IMG/VR virus record: IMGVR_UViG_3300048587_000983
Length of the DNA: 64,000 bases
Strand: one strand, 5' to 3'
Origin: a virus
Part shown: positions 44,065 through 54,984 of the stretch, in pieces
How positions within the stretch are numbered: position 1 is the stretch's first letter
How the letters are laid out: each line of letters begins with the position of its first letter
Notes under the pieces: model-generated
Told to the model about the DNA's origin: nothing
Database searches by the model: none
Seen by the model: only the letters and a program-made list of their open reading frames with translations
Made by a program: the position numbers and the translations under genes

Positions 44065-46329
44065 TCAAAGTTCGCGCGCGTTGAGTGTTCGATATGTGCT
44101 TGGCGCCGTGCCTGTGCCAGCCGTCACGTTCCAGAAGACCTCAATCAGGTTCTCACCCGCGGGGACGGGTACAACGGTTCTACAGGAGACCGTCTGCCTG
44201 TAGCCTGCGGTGGAAACCGTGACGTCGCTTTCGGTGAAGCTGTAGAAGACGCCGTTGACACAGAGAATAAGCGCTGTAATCGCACCAACGTTATTGTTGG
44301 TAACGACACAATGGTAGGCGATCTCAATGGGATTTCCCGATGTTTTTATAACCGTTGTGAGGTCTGGGAGAGGCGCAAGGGCGGTTCCTGAGTATGAGGG
44401 ACCGTTCAACGCTCCGACTGCTTGTGAGACTGGTTTTAGGGTTCGATAGGCGGCCGGCAGTGTCCTTAAATCACCGATGGACGACGCTACATGAGAGACG
44501 CTTTGGTGTCTCATAGGGCCTAGTGCTTCGTAGGAGTGGAAAGGCGTGATGACGTCCACGCAGTCAAAGAGCATGGATACGGCGGAACCAACCTGTCTCG
44601 TGACTCGCAGCTTGTGAAAGCCCTGTGGAAGGTTAGTGACGCGCACCATCCACGTTCCCTGGTCCCCAGTTCCTGTAACCACACCCGCGGCGCTGAATGC
44701 GAGGCCTGCGCTTGAAAAGATGGCTTTCGAGGACGCCCCGTTCGGTCCGGCGTTCAGCGCAAAGCCGTCAACAGTAAAGGCAAAGTTGACGTCAGAGTCG
44801 TCGGCGTAGCTTCGGAATTCAAAACCACTCCCGTAAAAAGTAATCTCGCCATACGAGTCGTTGGCGGTTGCTCCGAAATAAAAGCTTCCGCTGTTGCCGT
44901 AGTTGTAATTGACCTGGGTAAATGTGCCGTTATAGAAGGCCTCACGGTGGTATGTTTTTCGGATCACCCCCGTTGATACGCTAAAGGCTTGGTGGAGGTT
45001 GTTACTCACAAAGTTTGCAAGTATGAAATACCGGGCCAGGGCTTGAGCCCCCGCCGGAAGGCTGGGTGTGGCAGGAGTATATACCCGGAAGCCGACAAAC
45101 CCAGGGCGGTTGGCTGTCGCTGCCACGTTCAACCGTATTTCCACAGTATGCGTGCCGTACGGTAGGCCACTGGCGATCTTCTCTATTCGTGAGAGCGTGC
45201 TTCCGGTGCTCGATAGAGTCCCGACAAGAGTTCTGTCGATATAAACCTGACAGCTATCGACAGCGGCGTTCGCAGTGTCCGCACGAATAATATCGAGCCC
45301 TACGCCTACGAAGGTTATGAAGATGCTACCGCTGGTATTTATCGTAAAACAGTGGACGTTGTTGCCCGGGTTTGCCCTTGCCAGAAAGCGCCCTTGGACA
45401 GACGTGCTGTTATCGTCAAGGATCGTCGTCTGACTTTCCGTGGGGCCTCCAAACGAGATGGACAGAAATTCGCCGAGGTAATACTCACGCCTTGTCTCCT
45501 CCGTGCCGTGATCGGTTGAGGTGAGGTAGGCTGCCGAAGCTCTGGTCGGTGTCAAGGCTCTGCCGATGGAGCCGTCCGACTTCTGGTAGACCAGCACATG
45601 ACCGCCACGACCTGCGAGTGTCCCGGACTCAAATCCTGAGTTGTAGGTAAAGCTGCCGGCGGAAACCTGAAGTTTTTTTGTCCCGTAGGTTGTTGTAGCA
45701 GGCATATACGAGGTGGCGTTGGTGACGACCTCAAAACCGTAAACGTGAAGGTTTGTTCCGTTGTTTTGCGTGAGCCTGATTGTGTGGATGCCCAGCGATA
45801 GGTCTCTCGCCACATTCACCATTGAGTAGGTCGCATAACCTCTCGAGTTCATAATTCCGCTGTTGGTGGACAGATCCCAAATGAGAGTTCCCGAGGCAAC
45901 ACCGTCAATAGTAACAGCTACACTTCGCTCGTTCCCGTTTCCTGTTACGGTAAGGAGGTTAAGTTCAGTGCCATAAAAAGTGATCTCTACCGCTTCACCA
46001 TTAGCAGCGCCCGATGTAGTGCTTACGTAGCTGCCGTTCGCTCCAGTCTGAGTAATCCAATTCCCGATAAAACGCAGCATGTCATCAAAGTCGTTCACAG
46101 CCTTGAAGACTGGCTTGTCAGGCGTAACGACCTCGGCCGGCATCCGAATGAGCGACGCGACGATGATACGCCTCGCGCCATGTTTTGGCAGACCGTCAGC
46201 AGTAAAATCAGTGACCGTTCCACGGCCTGTGACAATACTGTTGGGCGCAGCGATCCTTGGGAGGTCCGTATAGGTCTCGCTTATGAGACTGACTGGCACC
46301 GGAGGTAAAATTTCAGACAGAAGAGCCAT
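44065..46329 (-). CDS. receptor-binding protein with three carbohydrate-binding-like beta-sandwich repeats
   Basis: Three copies of (E/F)ITF.G....V.IDG...L..G.H...(L/I); C-terminal lectin-like domain. Confidence 0.72.
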   Translation of the reverse strand: MALLSEILPPVPVSLISETYTDLPRIAAPNSIVTGRGTVTDFTADGLPKHGARRIIVASLIRMPAEVVTPDKPVFKAVNDFDDMLRFIGNWITQTGANGSYVSTTSGAANGEAVEITFYGTELNLLTVTGNGNERSVAVTIDGVASGTLIWDLSTNSGIMNSRGYATYSMVNVARDLSLGIHTIRLTQNNGTNLHVYGFEVVTNATSYMPATTTYGTKKLQVSAGSFTYNSGFESGTLAGRGGHVLVYQKSDGSIGRALTPTRASAAYLTSTDHGTEETRREYYLGEFLSISFGGPTESQTTILDDNSTSVQGRFLARANPGNNVHCFTINTSGSIFITFVGVGLDIIRADTANAAVDSCQVYIDRTLVGTLSSTGSTLSRIEKIASGLPYGTHTVEIRLNVAATANRPGFVGFRVYTPATPSLPAGAQALARYFILANFVSNNLHQAFSVSTGVIRKTYHREAFYNGTFTQVNYNYGNSGSFYFGATANDSYGEITFYGSGFEFRSYADDSDVNFAFTVDGFALNAGPNGASSKAIFSSAGLAFSAAGVVTGTGDQGTWMVRVTNLPQGFHKLRVTRQVGSAVSMLFDCVDVITPFHSYEALGPMRHQSVSHVASSIGDLRTLPAAYRTLKPVSQAVGALNGPSYSGTALAPLPDLTTVIKTSGNPIEIAYHCVVTNNNVGAITALILCVNGVFYSFTESDVTVSTAGYRQTVSCRTVVPVPAGENLIEVFWNVTAGTGTAPSTYRTLNAREL

Positions 46330-46350
46330 AACTTGCACCCCATAGTTTAC

Positions 46351-49300
46351 TTAGAATACGCCCCACCCTCTTGATCCGGCCATATAAACGAGCTGCACCT
46401 TGCTCCCGCTTACGTTGCAGACCAAATTTGACGCTGCACCTTCGATCTGACTTCCGTTGCGCGCGACGGTGAGGTTGTTCGTACCCCACGTGCTTTGTCC
46501 GTCCCAGATCTCCACCTCATCGCCGACTGAAGGCGCTGGAGGAAGAGTTAGCGTAAAAGGTCCCCCTGAAGTGTTTGCGATGATTCTGTCGCCGTCGACC
46601 AGATCATACGCGGCAGTCTTTACCGTTGGCGTTGAAAGCCCCCCACTGGCTGCAATCGGTGTCGCATCCGAGGACATCGCCGGGTTGATCTGAATGTCTG
46701 TCGAGCTTCTTGCGAATCCGACGGGCACGATATATTGATTCAGTGTTGTTGGTCTTGTGGCAGTAAGATCGCCTGCGCTTGCGGGATCGGCATAATATGT
46801 AAGACCTGGAGTCAAACCAGCAAACCCGGTCATAGGTCCTGCACGCTGAACGGTAACTGTCGCACCGGAGAGGACAGTGGACTGCACAAAACCTATAGCC
46901 TGAGAGCGAATGGCGGCAAGCGTGGCGTGCCCGGCATTGACCAGGTAGAACTGACCTTGTGTTCGGCCCGTATCCCCCGCAGCATTGCCCGGCGAAAGAT
47001 AGACCAATTCATTTGCCGTAAGGTTCTCACCAGCCAAACCTGATATGGTCTCGACGCCCGATTGCAACGAAACAATCGAACTGTCGGGCGACATCGAGGG
47101 GTTTACCTGGATCTCAGTTGCCGAGATTGCAAGTCCAACCGGCACAACCCAGTGGCCTAAGGTGGTCGGTCTCGTTGCCGTCAAGGCGCCAGGAGTTGAA
47201 GGGTCAGCATAGTAAAGCAGACCGGCTGTCAGTGCACTGAAGCCGTCCATAGGCCGGGAAAACTGAACGGATGCGGTGTTTCCTGCAGTCACAGTGGTTT
47301 GCACAAATCCAATTCCCTGGCTTCTAATTGCCGCCAAGGTTGAGTTGGCATTCCCTGCGTCACACTTATGGACCTGACCGAGCGTGCGCCCTGTATCACC
47401 GTTGGCGTTTCCGGGACTGATGTAGACCAGCTCATTAGCTGCCAGATTTTCGCCAGCAGTGAAATCCAGCGTGGGTGCCGTATCAGCTTCAACCTGCTGT
47501 GTTCTCGCAGCCATGGCGGGGTTGATCCAAAGCTGCGTAACGCTCGTGCCGAGACCTACCGGGACACTCCACTGCCCAACTGTCACGGGTTTCGTTGTCG
47601 TCAGTGCCCCAGGCGTGATGGGATCGGCATAGTAGACCATTCCCACGAGAAGCCCGACAAATCCACCCTTCTCGCCCGCCAGCTGAGCTTGCGAGGCGTT
47701 GCCCGCCGTGGCCGTCACCGTACAGATGCCAATTGCTTTGGCCCTGATTTCCGCGAGAGCGGGGTCTGCATTCCCAGCGTCGCACTTATAGAGCTGCCCC
47801 TGAGTCCGCGCCGTATCGCCAAGCGCTGTGCCGGGCGAAAGATAGACGAGATCGCCTTCGGTAAGGTTTTCCCCTGCTGTCGCGGTGAAAAAGTAGGTCA
47901 GCGCGTTGGAGCCGCCACTCGACGGCCTGAGCGGCAAAACCATGAGCTGCGTGGCGCTGAGGGCAAATCCGACAGGGTTTGAAAAGTAGGGGGCGGTCGG
48001 CTCTGTGACTGTAAGAGCGCCGGCCGTATCCTTGCTCACAAAGTAGTAGGCGCCCGGCGTAAGGCCGCTCAACCCTTCGACCGGACCGACAACGCGCACC
48101 GTGAAGTTATCAGCATCGGTGACTTCTTTGACAATCCCCTCGGCCATGGTGTAGCCGCTATCGGCCTGAGCGAGCTGCCAGTCGGTCCCATCAAAGTAAA
48201 CCGGCTGGCCTACAGTGAAGCCGTGTGCCACCTGATTTGCATCAAAATCGGTTGGGCTGGCCACGACCTCAATAAGCTCAGCATCTGATGACATTGAAGG
48301 GTTGATGTCGAGCTGCGTGGCGTTGCGAGGCACTCCGACAGGGACAAGCCATTCGCCATCAGCCGTCGGCGCAGTTGAAGTGATCGCGCCTGGAGTGGAC
48401 GGGTCCGCGTAATATTGAATACCGGGCGTCAGGCCTACAAAGTTTTTTCTGAGCCCACCGAGCGCAACCTTGACATCGGCCCCTGTGAGCACCGTTGCCT
48501 GGCAGAAGCCGATCGCCTGGCTCCGGATCGCTGCGAGGGCTGGCGAGGCGTTTCCGGCGTCCACAAGGTAAATATCGCCCTGGGTTCTACCCGTATCGCC
48601 AGCTGCGTTTCCGGGAGACATATAGACAAGGTCATTTTCGCTCAGGTTTTCGCCCGCAGGCGCTTTGAGCGTGGTGGATCCGCCGCCCCCACCCACATCG
48701 AGCGTCAGAAGATTCACGATGTTGATGTCAGTGATCGGATCGATTGCTATGCCGTCGGCGCTTGTGATAGCCACCTGACCGACCTTGGGACCGGAGTCAA
48801 ATTCCGCCCGGACGGCAGCCGCCTGGCTGGCGCCGTCAGCGGACGCGGGCGTGACGATCACCCGGAGCTGGATTTGGTTTTCCGAGTCCGGCGTCGTTGA
48901 CTCGAGGTTGATTGCAAACCAGCGCCAAAGGCCAAGAGCCGGGACAACCGGCGTAAAGTTGAGACCAAGAGGCGTGATCCCGTCGGACTCGTAGATATCG
49001 CCCGTCGCAAAATCGATCTCAGCGCCGTCGAATTCCACAAGAAGGTTTTCGACCTGCGCCCCGAGCACGCTGCCTGAGAAGAGAGTTTTATAGGCGCCCG
49101 TGATCACGACCCGCGTGGAGTTGGGTGATTTCGGGAGAATCGAAACCTGCTCCAGGATCTGCTTGATGACGAGATCGAGATTACTGATGGCCTCGGGGTA
49201 GTTGTCGCCCGCCGCAAGGTTTTTCGTCGAGGAGTAGGCGTCGAAGTTCACATCGTTTGTGAAGCCAGCTCGATCTTTGAGAGCGACAGGAAGGCTTTCG

Positions 49301-52300
49301 CCGAAGACCCTCTCCTCGCCAGGCTCAAGAACCTCCAGGTTCATCGCAGCCGGAACGAAACTCCCTCCTCGAATGACACCGATCACATAGATGTTTTGCG
49401 TGGTGGGTAGCGATGAAAGCGTCACGACCTGCGGAGTTGGGGTGAGATCAGCTGTATCAAGTTCGATGTAAAGAGCATCGTCCTCGGCCATCGCATAGCC
49501 GCCAGCGACAGGCAGCCAGCTCACGCCGATGGTAAGGTCGCGGATGGTAAACCCTGCACCGAATGTAAACTCACCCGCTGCTGTCAGCTCCCAGTCATAG
49601 CTGAAGGCGCCGCTTACCAGAAACTGACCGCCGCCACCACTGGATCCTTCCGAAGTGGAAAAGTTGGTCAGGAGGTTAACAAGGTTTGTATAGTCGATCG
49701 CATCGATCGTGATTCCGTCACTGCTGAAAACAGCCACCTGACCGACGTCGGGTTGATTTGTAAAGGCCGCACGCGGGGCAGAGTCCTGCGTCGCGCCATC
49801 GCTCGCGGCAGGTGTCACCTTGAACTTGATCGAAAGACGGTTGTCAGAGCCGATCGTTCCTGGAAGAAGATTCACGGCATACCAGCGCCACTGGCCGGCT
49901 GCGGGTATGACTGGCGTGAAGTTCTCGCCGAGCGGGGTGACATCATCGTCCTCGTTGATTGTGCCAGTGGCAAAATCAATCACCGCACCCGTGAAATCAA
50001 TCAGCCGGTCCTTGTACTTGATCCCGAAGATCGAACCGTTCAGGAGCGTGCGGTCCACGCCCGACACCAGGACCTTGGTTGAGATGGGATTTTCAGCCGT
50101 CATCTGAATCTGGCCGAAAATGTTTTGCACGGCGGTATCGAGGTTACTCATGGCCTCGGGGTAGTTATCGCCCGCATTGATGTGTTCGGTTGAGGTGTAA
50201 GCCTCAAAAGTCACGTCGTCGATAATCCCGAGTCGGTTTTTTATATCGACGGAGAGGTTCTCACCGAGGACCATTTCCTCACCCGTGATGAGCGGTCGGA
50301 GGTTGGCCATCGAGGGCTCAAATTTCCCATCGACAATGATACCGATCACACCGATCTCGTCGTTCCAGGGAAGCGTGGGAATCGGTGTCACAAGCGGAGT
50401 TGGTGTAAGGTCCGAGGGGTCGAGAGGCACATAAAGCGCGTCGCCCTCGGTCATGGGATAGCCGCCCGAGGTCAGCTGGAACTCGGTAGCTGTGAAGATG
50501 TTGGTGAGTTTCACAGTCCCTGTAAGGGTCAGTTCGCCCGCTGCCGTCTTCTCCCAATCAACCGAGCCCGAGCCCCCGATCACAAGAAAGTCTGCGAGGT
50601 CGCCCGCAGACCCTGGCGGCAGCCAATTGAGGATCGCTGTGCCCGGCGCCACAATGCGGCTTAAAAGAATGTCGGATGGCAGCTCGAATAGACCAAAGAC
50701 CCGATCGTGCGATTCGGAAACGGATTTGACGTAAAAAGCGTTGTTGCCATCGGGTGCCTGAAAATCACCGTTCGCGGTTGCAGGCTCCTCGGACGCCGTG
50801 AAGTTGTTTTGCACGGTGACCCGGTAGACGTCATCAATGGCGTCAAGCGACAAGAGCTCGACGTTTGTGATGAGACGGGTCGAGTTGTTGCCGCCGATGC
50901 CGGAGCCTGTGATCGTAACCTGATCGTCGATGTCGGGCGCCTGCGAAAGCGAGGCTGCCGTCACGAGAAATTGGTTGGCATCGACGTTTATCGTTGTGAT
51001 GCCGCCGATGACGCTGACTGCACCGAAAGCTATGATGTCAGTTACGGCATCGTAGCTTGTATAGGTTCCTGCCGCAGCGTCGGCCACTGCATGAAGAAGG
51101 GAGCCGAGCTTGTCACGTGCGACAGAAACCCCACGACTGCCTGAGGCTGCAAGGTTTATCGAAAAGCTGACTTCCTCTCCGTACATCTTGACGAAGTCAA
51201 CACTCGACGCCTGGACGAGCGTGAGCATGAGGGAATTGAAGATTGGGTCCGTCTGAACGTCGAATGCCGTGAAGTTTTCCGCCGGGGCCAAAAGCTCCTG
51301 CATGAAGGCGCCGCTTCCGGTATATACAGATATGCCGAAGGCGGATCCACCCTTATCCTGTCGAAAAAGGACAAACAGTTCACGATTGTCTGCCACGAGG
51401 ATGCGAGGGTCAGCCGCGTTTCCTGTGAGCGTTCCCACCCCGATCTGCTCGACGTCCGTGGAGACCGTCGTGGCGCTGCCATCAAGAGGATCGCCGATAT
51501 CATCAAAGCGGCGATAAAGAATTGAGCCGAGAGTGTCGTTCTCCCAGGCGACGAAAACATAGAGGTCCTCGCTTACAAAAATATCGGGCGTAATCAGGTT
51601 CTGGGCCGAGCTGTTCAGGTTCTTTGGCGACGTTATGAGCGAGCCGGCCAGTGTACGAGCTGTAAAAAAGATCTGATTGTTGTTCGGACCCATAAGGGCC
51701 TGATAGACGACAAAGACCTTGGTGCCGGCCGGGTCAATCGAAACCCGCGGATGATCGCACGCCCCTGCCTGCGTGTCGAGAACCGTCTCGGACACAAGGT
51801 TACCGCCAACATCATCGAACTTCTGATAGCAGATGTTGCCCGATTTTACGTAGACAACGTGGATATTGTCAGCCGGATCGATGGCCGCGCTGAAATACTT
51901 TGAAGTGATGCCTGTGATGAGTGTCGTGGGCGCAACGTCGGCGCTCAGACGATCGGAGGCAATCTTCGTATAGTCAAGCTCGTAAGAGGTTCCCGAGCCG
52001 CTCAGCGTGAGGATATGCCCCGCGTTGGCTGAATCGATCAGGACCTTCTGCGTTTGACGAACAAGCGTGTCGTCGAACGATTCGACAGGAGCAAGCGATG
52101 CAGGGATTGTTTCGTAGGTACCGCCGAGAAGAAACTGCCGCGTTCCGATCCGCGGCGAGTAGTCTGTTGGGCGACGGTAGACAATTCTGTCAACACGAGG
52201 CCAGTCGGGGTCCTCGGCGACCACAGGAAATGAGGCGATCTCTTCAAACCGCTGCGTTTCCCCCAGTTTGTCAACCAGGGTCCCTGGCGCGTTATCATAA

Positions 52301-52767
52301 TTGCCACCATTGAGCGAGGTGCGGAGCCCACTGAATGGCCCAATGCGCAGAGTGTCAATATTGGTCTGGCGCAGAAGATCAAGAAGTCCCTTGATGGAGA
52401 TCTTCTGCGGGACACGCCACTCAACGCCGTCGTAGGTTCCAAGGATGACCTCGTTGTCAGATACGTCCTCGGGGGTTTTTGCGAACGTGAAAAGAAGGTC
52501 ATCGATCGGGCTCGACGTCGGTGCCGTCACCACGAGATAAAAAGGGGCCGCCATGGAAGGGGCCGTGAGTGTGGTTGCGACATCCTTTTCGTAAATCAGC
52601 CCGTTCTGGACAGCTCGAAACGCCGGCAGCGTAATCGTGGGGCCCGCCTGAGTAATTGGGCCGTCCATATCGAGAACGCCATGAACGCCTTCGATGGAGT
52701 CCACGATATCCCGGAACGTGCTAGCTGAATATGGAGCGCGAAAGCCAGTAATCTTGATAACAGCCAC
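46351..52767 (-). CDS. giant modular tail fibre (2138 aa)
   Basis: Propeller-like N-region, an internal ~300-aa duplication, five DUF2190-like modules (AGENL...LVY.SPG...GLTPG..YY), and a C-terminal T4 gp34/36-like module (TSGGPFTLTLPPAPSVGDEV). Confidence 0.8.
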   Translation of the reverse strand: MAVIKITGFRAPYSASTFRDIVDSIEGVHGVLDMDGPITQAGPTITLPAFRAVQNGLIYEKDVATTLTAPSMAAPFYLVVTAPTSSPIDDLLFTFAKTPEDVSDNEVILGTYDGVEWRVPQKISIKGLLDLLRQTNIDTLRIGPFSGLRTSLNGGNYDNAPGTLVDKLGETQRFEEIASFPVVAEDPDWPRVDRIVYRRPTDYSPRIGTRQFLLGGTYETIPASLAPVESFDDTLVRQTQKVLIDSANAGHILTLSGSGTSYELDYTKIASDRLSADVAPTTLITGITSKYFSAAIDPADNIHVVYVKSGNICYQKFDDVGGNLVSETVLDTQAGACDHPRVSIDPAGTKVFVVYQALMGPNNNQIFFTARTLAGSLITSPKNLNSSAQNLITPDIFVSEDLYVFVAWENDTLGSILYRRFDDIGDPLDGSATTVSTDVEQIGVGTLTGNAADPRILVADNRELFVLFRQDKGGSAFGISVYTGSGAFMQELLAPAENFTAFDVQTDPIFNSLMLTLVQASSVDFVKMYGEEVSFSINLAASGSRGVSVARDKLGSLLHAVADAAAGTYTSYDAVTDIIAFGAVSVIGGITTINVDANQFLVTAASLSQAPDIDDQVTITGSGIGGNNSTRLITNVELLSLDAIDDVYRVTVQNNFTASEEPATANGDFQAPDGNNAFYVKSVSESHDRVFGLFELPSDILLSRIVAPGTAILNWLPPGSAGDLADFLVIGGSGSVDWEKTAAGELTLTGTVKLTNIFTATEFQLTSGGYPMTEGDALYVPLDPSDLTPTPLVTPIPTLPWNDEIGVIGIIVDGKFEPSMANLRPLITGEEMVLGENLSVDIKNRLGIIDDVTFEAYTSTEHINAGDNYPEAMSNLDTAVQNIFGQIQMTAENPISTKVLVSGVDRTLLNGSIFGIKYKDRLIDFTGAVIDFATGTINEDDDVTPLGENFTPVIPAAGQWRWYAVNLLPGTIGSDNRLSIKFKVTPAASDGATQDSAPRAAFTNQPDVGQVAVFSSDGITIDAIDYTNLVNLLTNFSTSEGSSGGGGQFLVSGAFSYDWELTAAGEFTFGAGFTIRDLTIGVSWLPVAGGYAMAEDDALYIELDTADLTPTPQVVTLSSLPTTQNIYVIGVIRGGSFVPAAMNLEVLEPGEERVFGESLPVALKDRAGFTNDVNFDAYSSTKNLAAGDNYPEAISNLDLVIKQILEQVSILPKSPNSTRVVITGAYKTLFSGSVLGAQVENLLVEFDGAEIDFATGDIYESDGITPLGLNFTPVVPALGLWRWFAINLESTTPDSENQIQLRVIVTPASADGASQAAAVRAEFDSGPKVGQVAITSADGIAIDPITDINIVNLLTLDVGGGGGSTTLKAPAGENLSENDLVYMSPGNAAGDTGRTQGDIYLVDAGNASPALAAIRSQAIGFCQATVLTGADVKVALGGLRKNFVGLTPGIQYYADPSTPGAITSTAPTADGEWLVPVGVPRNATQLDINPSMSSDAELIEVVASPTDFDANQVAHGFTVGQPVYFDGTDWQLAQADSGYTMAEGIVKEVTDADNFTVRVVGPVEGLSGLTPGAYYFVSKDTAGALTVTEPTAPYFSNPVGFALSATQLMVLPLRPSSGGSNALTYFFTATAGENLTEGDLVYLSPGTALGDTARTQGQLYKCDAGNADPALAEIRAKAIGICTVTATAGNASQAQLAGEKGGFVGLLVGMVYYADPITPGALTTTKPVTVGQWSVPVGLGTSVTQLWINPAMAARTQQVEADTAPTLDFTAGENLAANELVYISPGNANGDTGRTLGQVHKCDAGNANSTLAAIRSQGIGFVQTTVTAGNTASVQFSRPMDGFSALTAGLLYYADPSTPGALTATRPTTLGHWVVPVGLAISATEIQVNPSMSPDSSIVSLQSGVETISGLAGENLTANELVYLSPGNAAGDTGRTQGQFYLVNAGHATLAAIRSQAIGFVQSTVLSGATVTVQRAGPMTGFAGLTPGLTYYADPASAGDLTATRPTTLNQYIVPVGFARSSTDIQINPAMSSDATPIAASGGLSTPTVKTAAYDLVDGDRIIANTSGGPFTLTLPPAPSVGDEVEIWDGQSTWGTNNLTVARNGSQIEGAASNLVCNVSGSKVQLVYMAGSRGWGVF

Positions 52768-52770
52768 GGT

Positions 52771-54243
52771 TTACCCCCGCTTGCGAACCACCACTCGAAG
52801 AAAGCCAATTTGTTGATCGTTGCCGTCGTAGTCCGTGTAGAAGACGTTGCCGACAACGTTTTTGATCCAGATGCGGTTTTTGTCCCATTTGACCCGGATC
52901 GCGCGTTCCATGTCGACACTGCCCGTGATCGACGCGCTCAGAGAACCCGTAAGCGCTCCTGTGACGGTCCCCGTAAGGGAGCCAGGGATATAGGAAGCGT
53001 CCGTCGTTCCGGGGTTGAAAACGCCCGGCGTGAAGATCAGGCCGTTGGTAATGGAGACGCCAAGCGTATTGTTCAGGGAGACGCCCGTCGTGTTTACGAG
53101 CGTTGCGAGGTCGAGCTCTTCGACCGGGGAGCTGCCGTCGTTTGCAAGTGAGACCTGCACCGAAAAATCCAGCTTGTCCGAGCCGAGCTTATGAGAATAG
53201 ATTTCCTCGAAAGTCGGCGTGCCGCTGACGTCAATGGCCCGCCATTCTCCGACAAAAGTGTCTCCGAAATGTCTTGCTCTTACGGCTGTGACAGCCGAGC
53301 CGTCAAAATCCGCCTCGCCCAGGAAAAGGCGTCCCGTGGCGGGTATTTCGCTCGTATCAAAGCCAAGCGTTACCGCGAGAGCATCACGGACGACGTAATT
53401 GATGCCGCTGATCCCCGAGGTTGGGAAGAGACCGACAATCTCAAGGCGGCTCACAACCGCACCAGGCGCCACGGTTTTTACGATGTAGATGCCTATGCTC
53501 GTGCTATCGAGAAGTTCGAGAATATCTCCCGGCTGCACGTCCTCGGCTGTAAAGTCTTTCGTGGCGTCGTTGAAGTAAACTGCGTAATTGTTTACGTCAG
53601 TTGAGATCGTGCCGTTACCGGCGGAAGGACTGAGGTCGCCATCTATTACCTCGACGCCACTCGCCTGAAAGTCTGCGTAGACGTATTTTACGCCTGAACC
53701 GCCGGTCAATGTCACTTCTTTCAGTGTTCTTACGCGAGAGACATAGCCCTCGATCTGAAGCTTAAGAAGATCGACTGAACCGTCCACCTGGACCTTGTTT
53801 GCAGTAAAGCCCATCCACGCGGGGTATCCATTGCCGTCCATCGAGCCCGATATGATGCGGTTCGGGATGGTGGCGCGAGCAGCCAGGGCTGCTCTGAGCG
53901 AGTCCGCGCCCTCGCGCGCATCGAAGACTTCATCGTCACCGGCCGAGATGCGGTCGTTAAGAGAGAAGTCGCTCGTATCCGGATTAAGATAGCCGTAAAC
54001 CTGAGAGCTCGATGCCTCAGCCTCTGAAGTCGTTGGCTTGAGCGAGCCATCGGGGTTATGAGCGACGAGCAGGAAGGCCGAGAGAGACGCTTGAGAGCCG
54101 CGGGCGTCGCTCAGCTCCTGGCCCGTACTGTCTGCAAAGGCATCTATTTTTTGCATGTTTTCATTGACGGGTATATGCCACGTATCGACATATTCACCGC
54201 TACCCGGCAGCACCAGACCCAGATAAATCGTCTTCGTTGACAT
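52771..54243 (-). CDS. tail/baseplate fibre-anchor protein (490 aa)
   Basis: N-terminal LGLVLPGSGEYVDTWHIPVNENMQKID pattern typical of fibre anchors. Confidence 0.68.
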   Translation of the reverse strand: MSTKTIYLGLVLPGSGEYVDTWHIPVNENMQKIDAFADSTGQELSDARGSQASLSAFLLVAHNPDGSLKPTTSEAEASSSQVYGYLNPDTSDFSLNDRISAGDDEVFDAREGADSLRAALAARATIPNRIISGSMDGNGYPAWMGFTANKVQVDGSVDLLKLQIEGYVSRVRTLKEVTLTGGSGVKYVYADFQASGVEVIDGDLSPSAGNGTISTDVNNYAVYFNDATKDFTAEDVQPGDILELLDSTSIGIYIVKTVAPGAVVSRLEIVGLFPTSGISGINYVVRDALAVTLGFDTSEIPATGRLFLGEADFDGSAVTAVRARHFGDTFVGEWRAIDVSGTPTFEEIYSHKLGSDKLDFSVQVSLANDGSSPVEELDLATLVNTTGVSLNNTLGVSITNGLIFTPGVFNPGTTDASYIPGSLTGTVTGALTGSLSASITGSVDMERAIRVKWDKNRIWIKNVVGNVFYTDYDGNDQQIGFLRVVVRKRG

Positions 54244-54252
54244 ATATCACCT

Positions 54253-54948
54253 TCACTCAATGAAAATGGTATAGCGTATTGTTACCGTGATGTCGTTCGC
54301 CGCTACAAAGGGCACGGAACGATAGGTGCGGATCGAGAAAAGCGCTTCGTCCGAATCCGGCGCGTTGGGCGCAGCGACAGCTGGCCGCGGGAACGGGGCA
54401 GCGTTGAGATTGGCCGTAATCAGCCCCACCTCATTCACAACAGGGTCCGCTTGATTTGAAAAGCTTGTGATCGGAACATCCGTGGCAGCGAAAGTCTTTA
54501 TGAACTTCGCCTCGTGCACGGTGGGCGTCCCCACGTTGAGGATAACGGCGTCGATGTCCGCCCGATAAACCTCGTTATAAAGCTCGGTCATCGTCGAAAC
54601 TGGTGTTTTTGGAACGGTCGGGTCCGAAGGTATCGTGCCCCGATCGCCAATGGCCATTCGCATAATAGGGAAGAAGTCGCCGCTTGTGAGCGATTCGATC
54701 ACGCTGTCTTTGCCGACGTTGACGATGATGTTTTTGATCTTCATCTGATCGAGGATGCGGCAGCCACTGAAGTCCAGCGAATGCCCTTTGGCAATGATCG
54801 GGCCGCCTCGCTTCCGGGCACGCGGACTATCCAGGGAAAGGACGGGTTTGCCCTGACAGACAAAGATTTCGACCATACCGATAGGCTTCAGTCCGTCCGT
54901 GATGGACTGCGGACCTTCGCCGCTGTGTGCCTTCGAGGCTCGCTTCAT
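54253..54948 (-). CDS. baseplate/tail-collar protein (DUF3751-like)
   Basis: KNIIVNVGKDSV...MRMAIGD...NEVGL pattern. Confidence 0.62.
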   Translation of the reverse strand: MKRASKAHSGEGPQSITDGLKPIGMVEIFVCQGKPVLSLDSPRARKRGGPIIAKGHSLDFSGCRILDQMKIKNIIVNVGKDSVIESLTSGDFFPIMRMAIGDRGTIPSDPTVPKTPVSTMTELYNEVYRADIDAVILNVGTPTVHEAKFIKTFAATDVPITSFSNQADPVVNEVGLITANLNAAPFPRPAVAAPNAPDSDEALFSIRTYRSVPFVAANDITVTIRYTIFIE

Positions 54949-54984
54949 CGAGTGTTCCTTTATTTGCTCTTATCCTACACTGGT

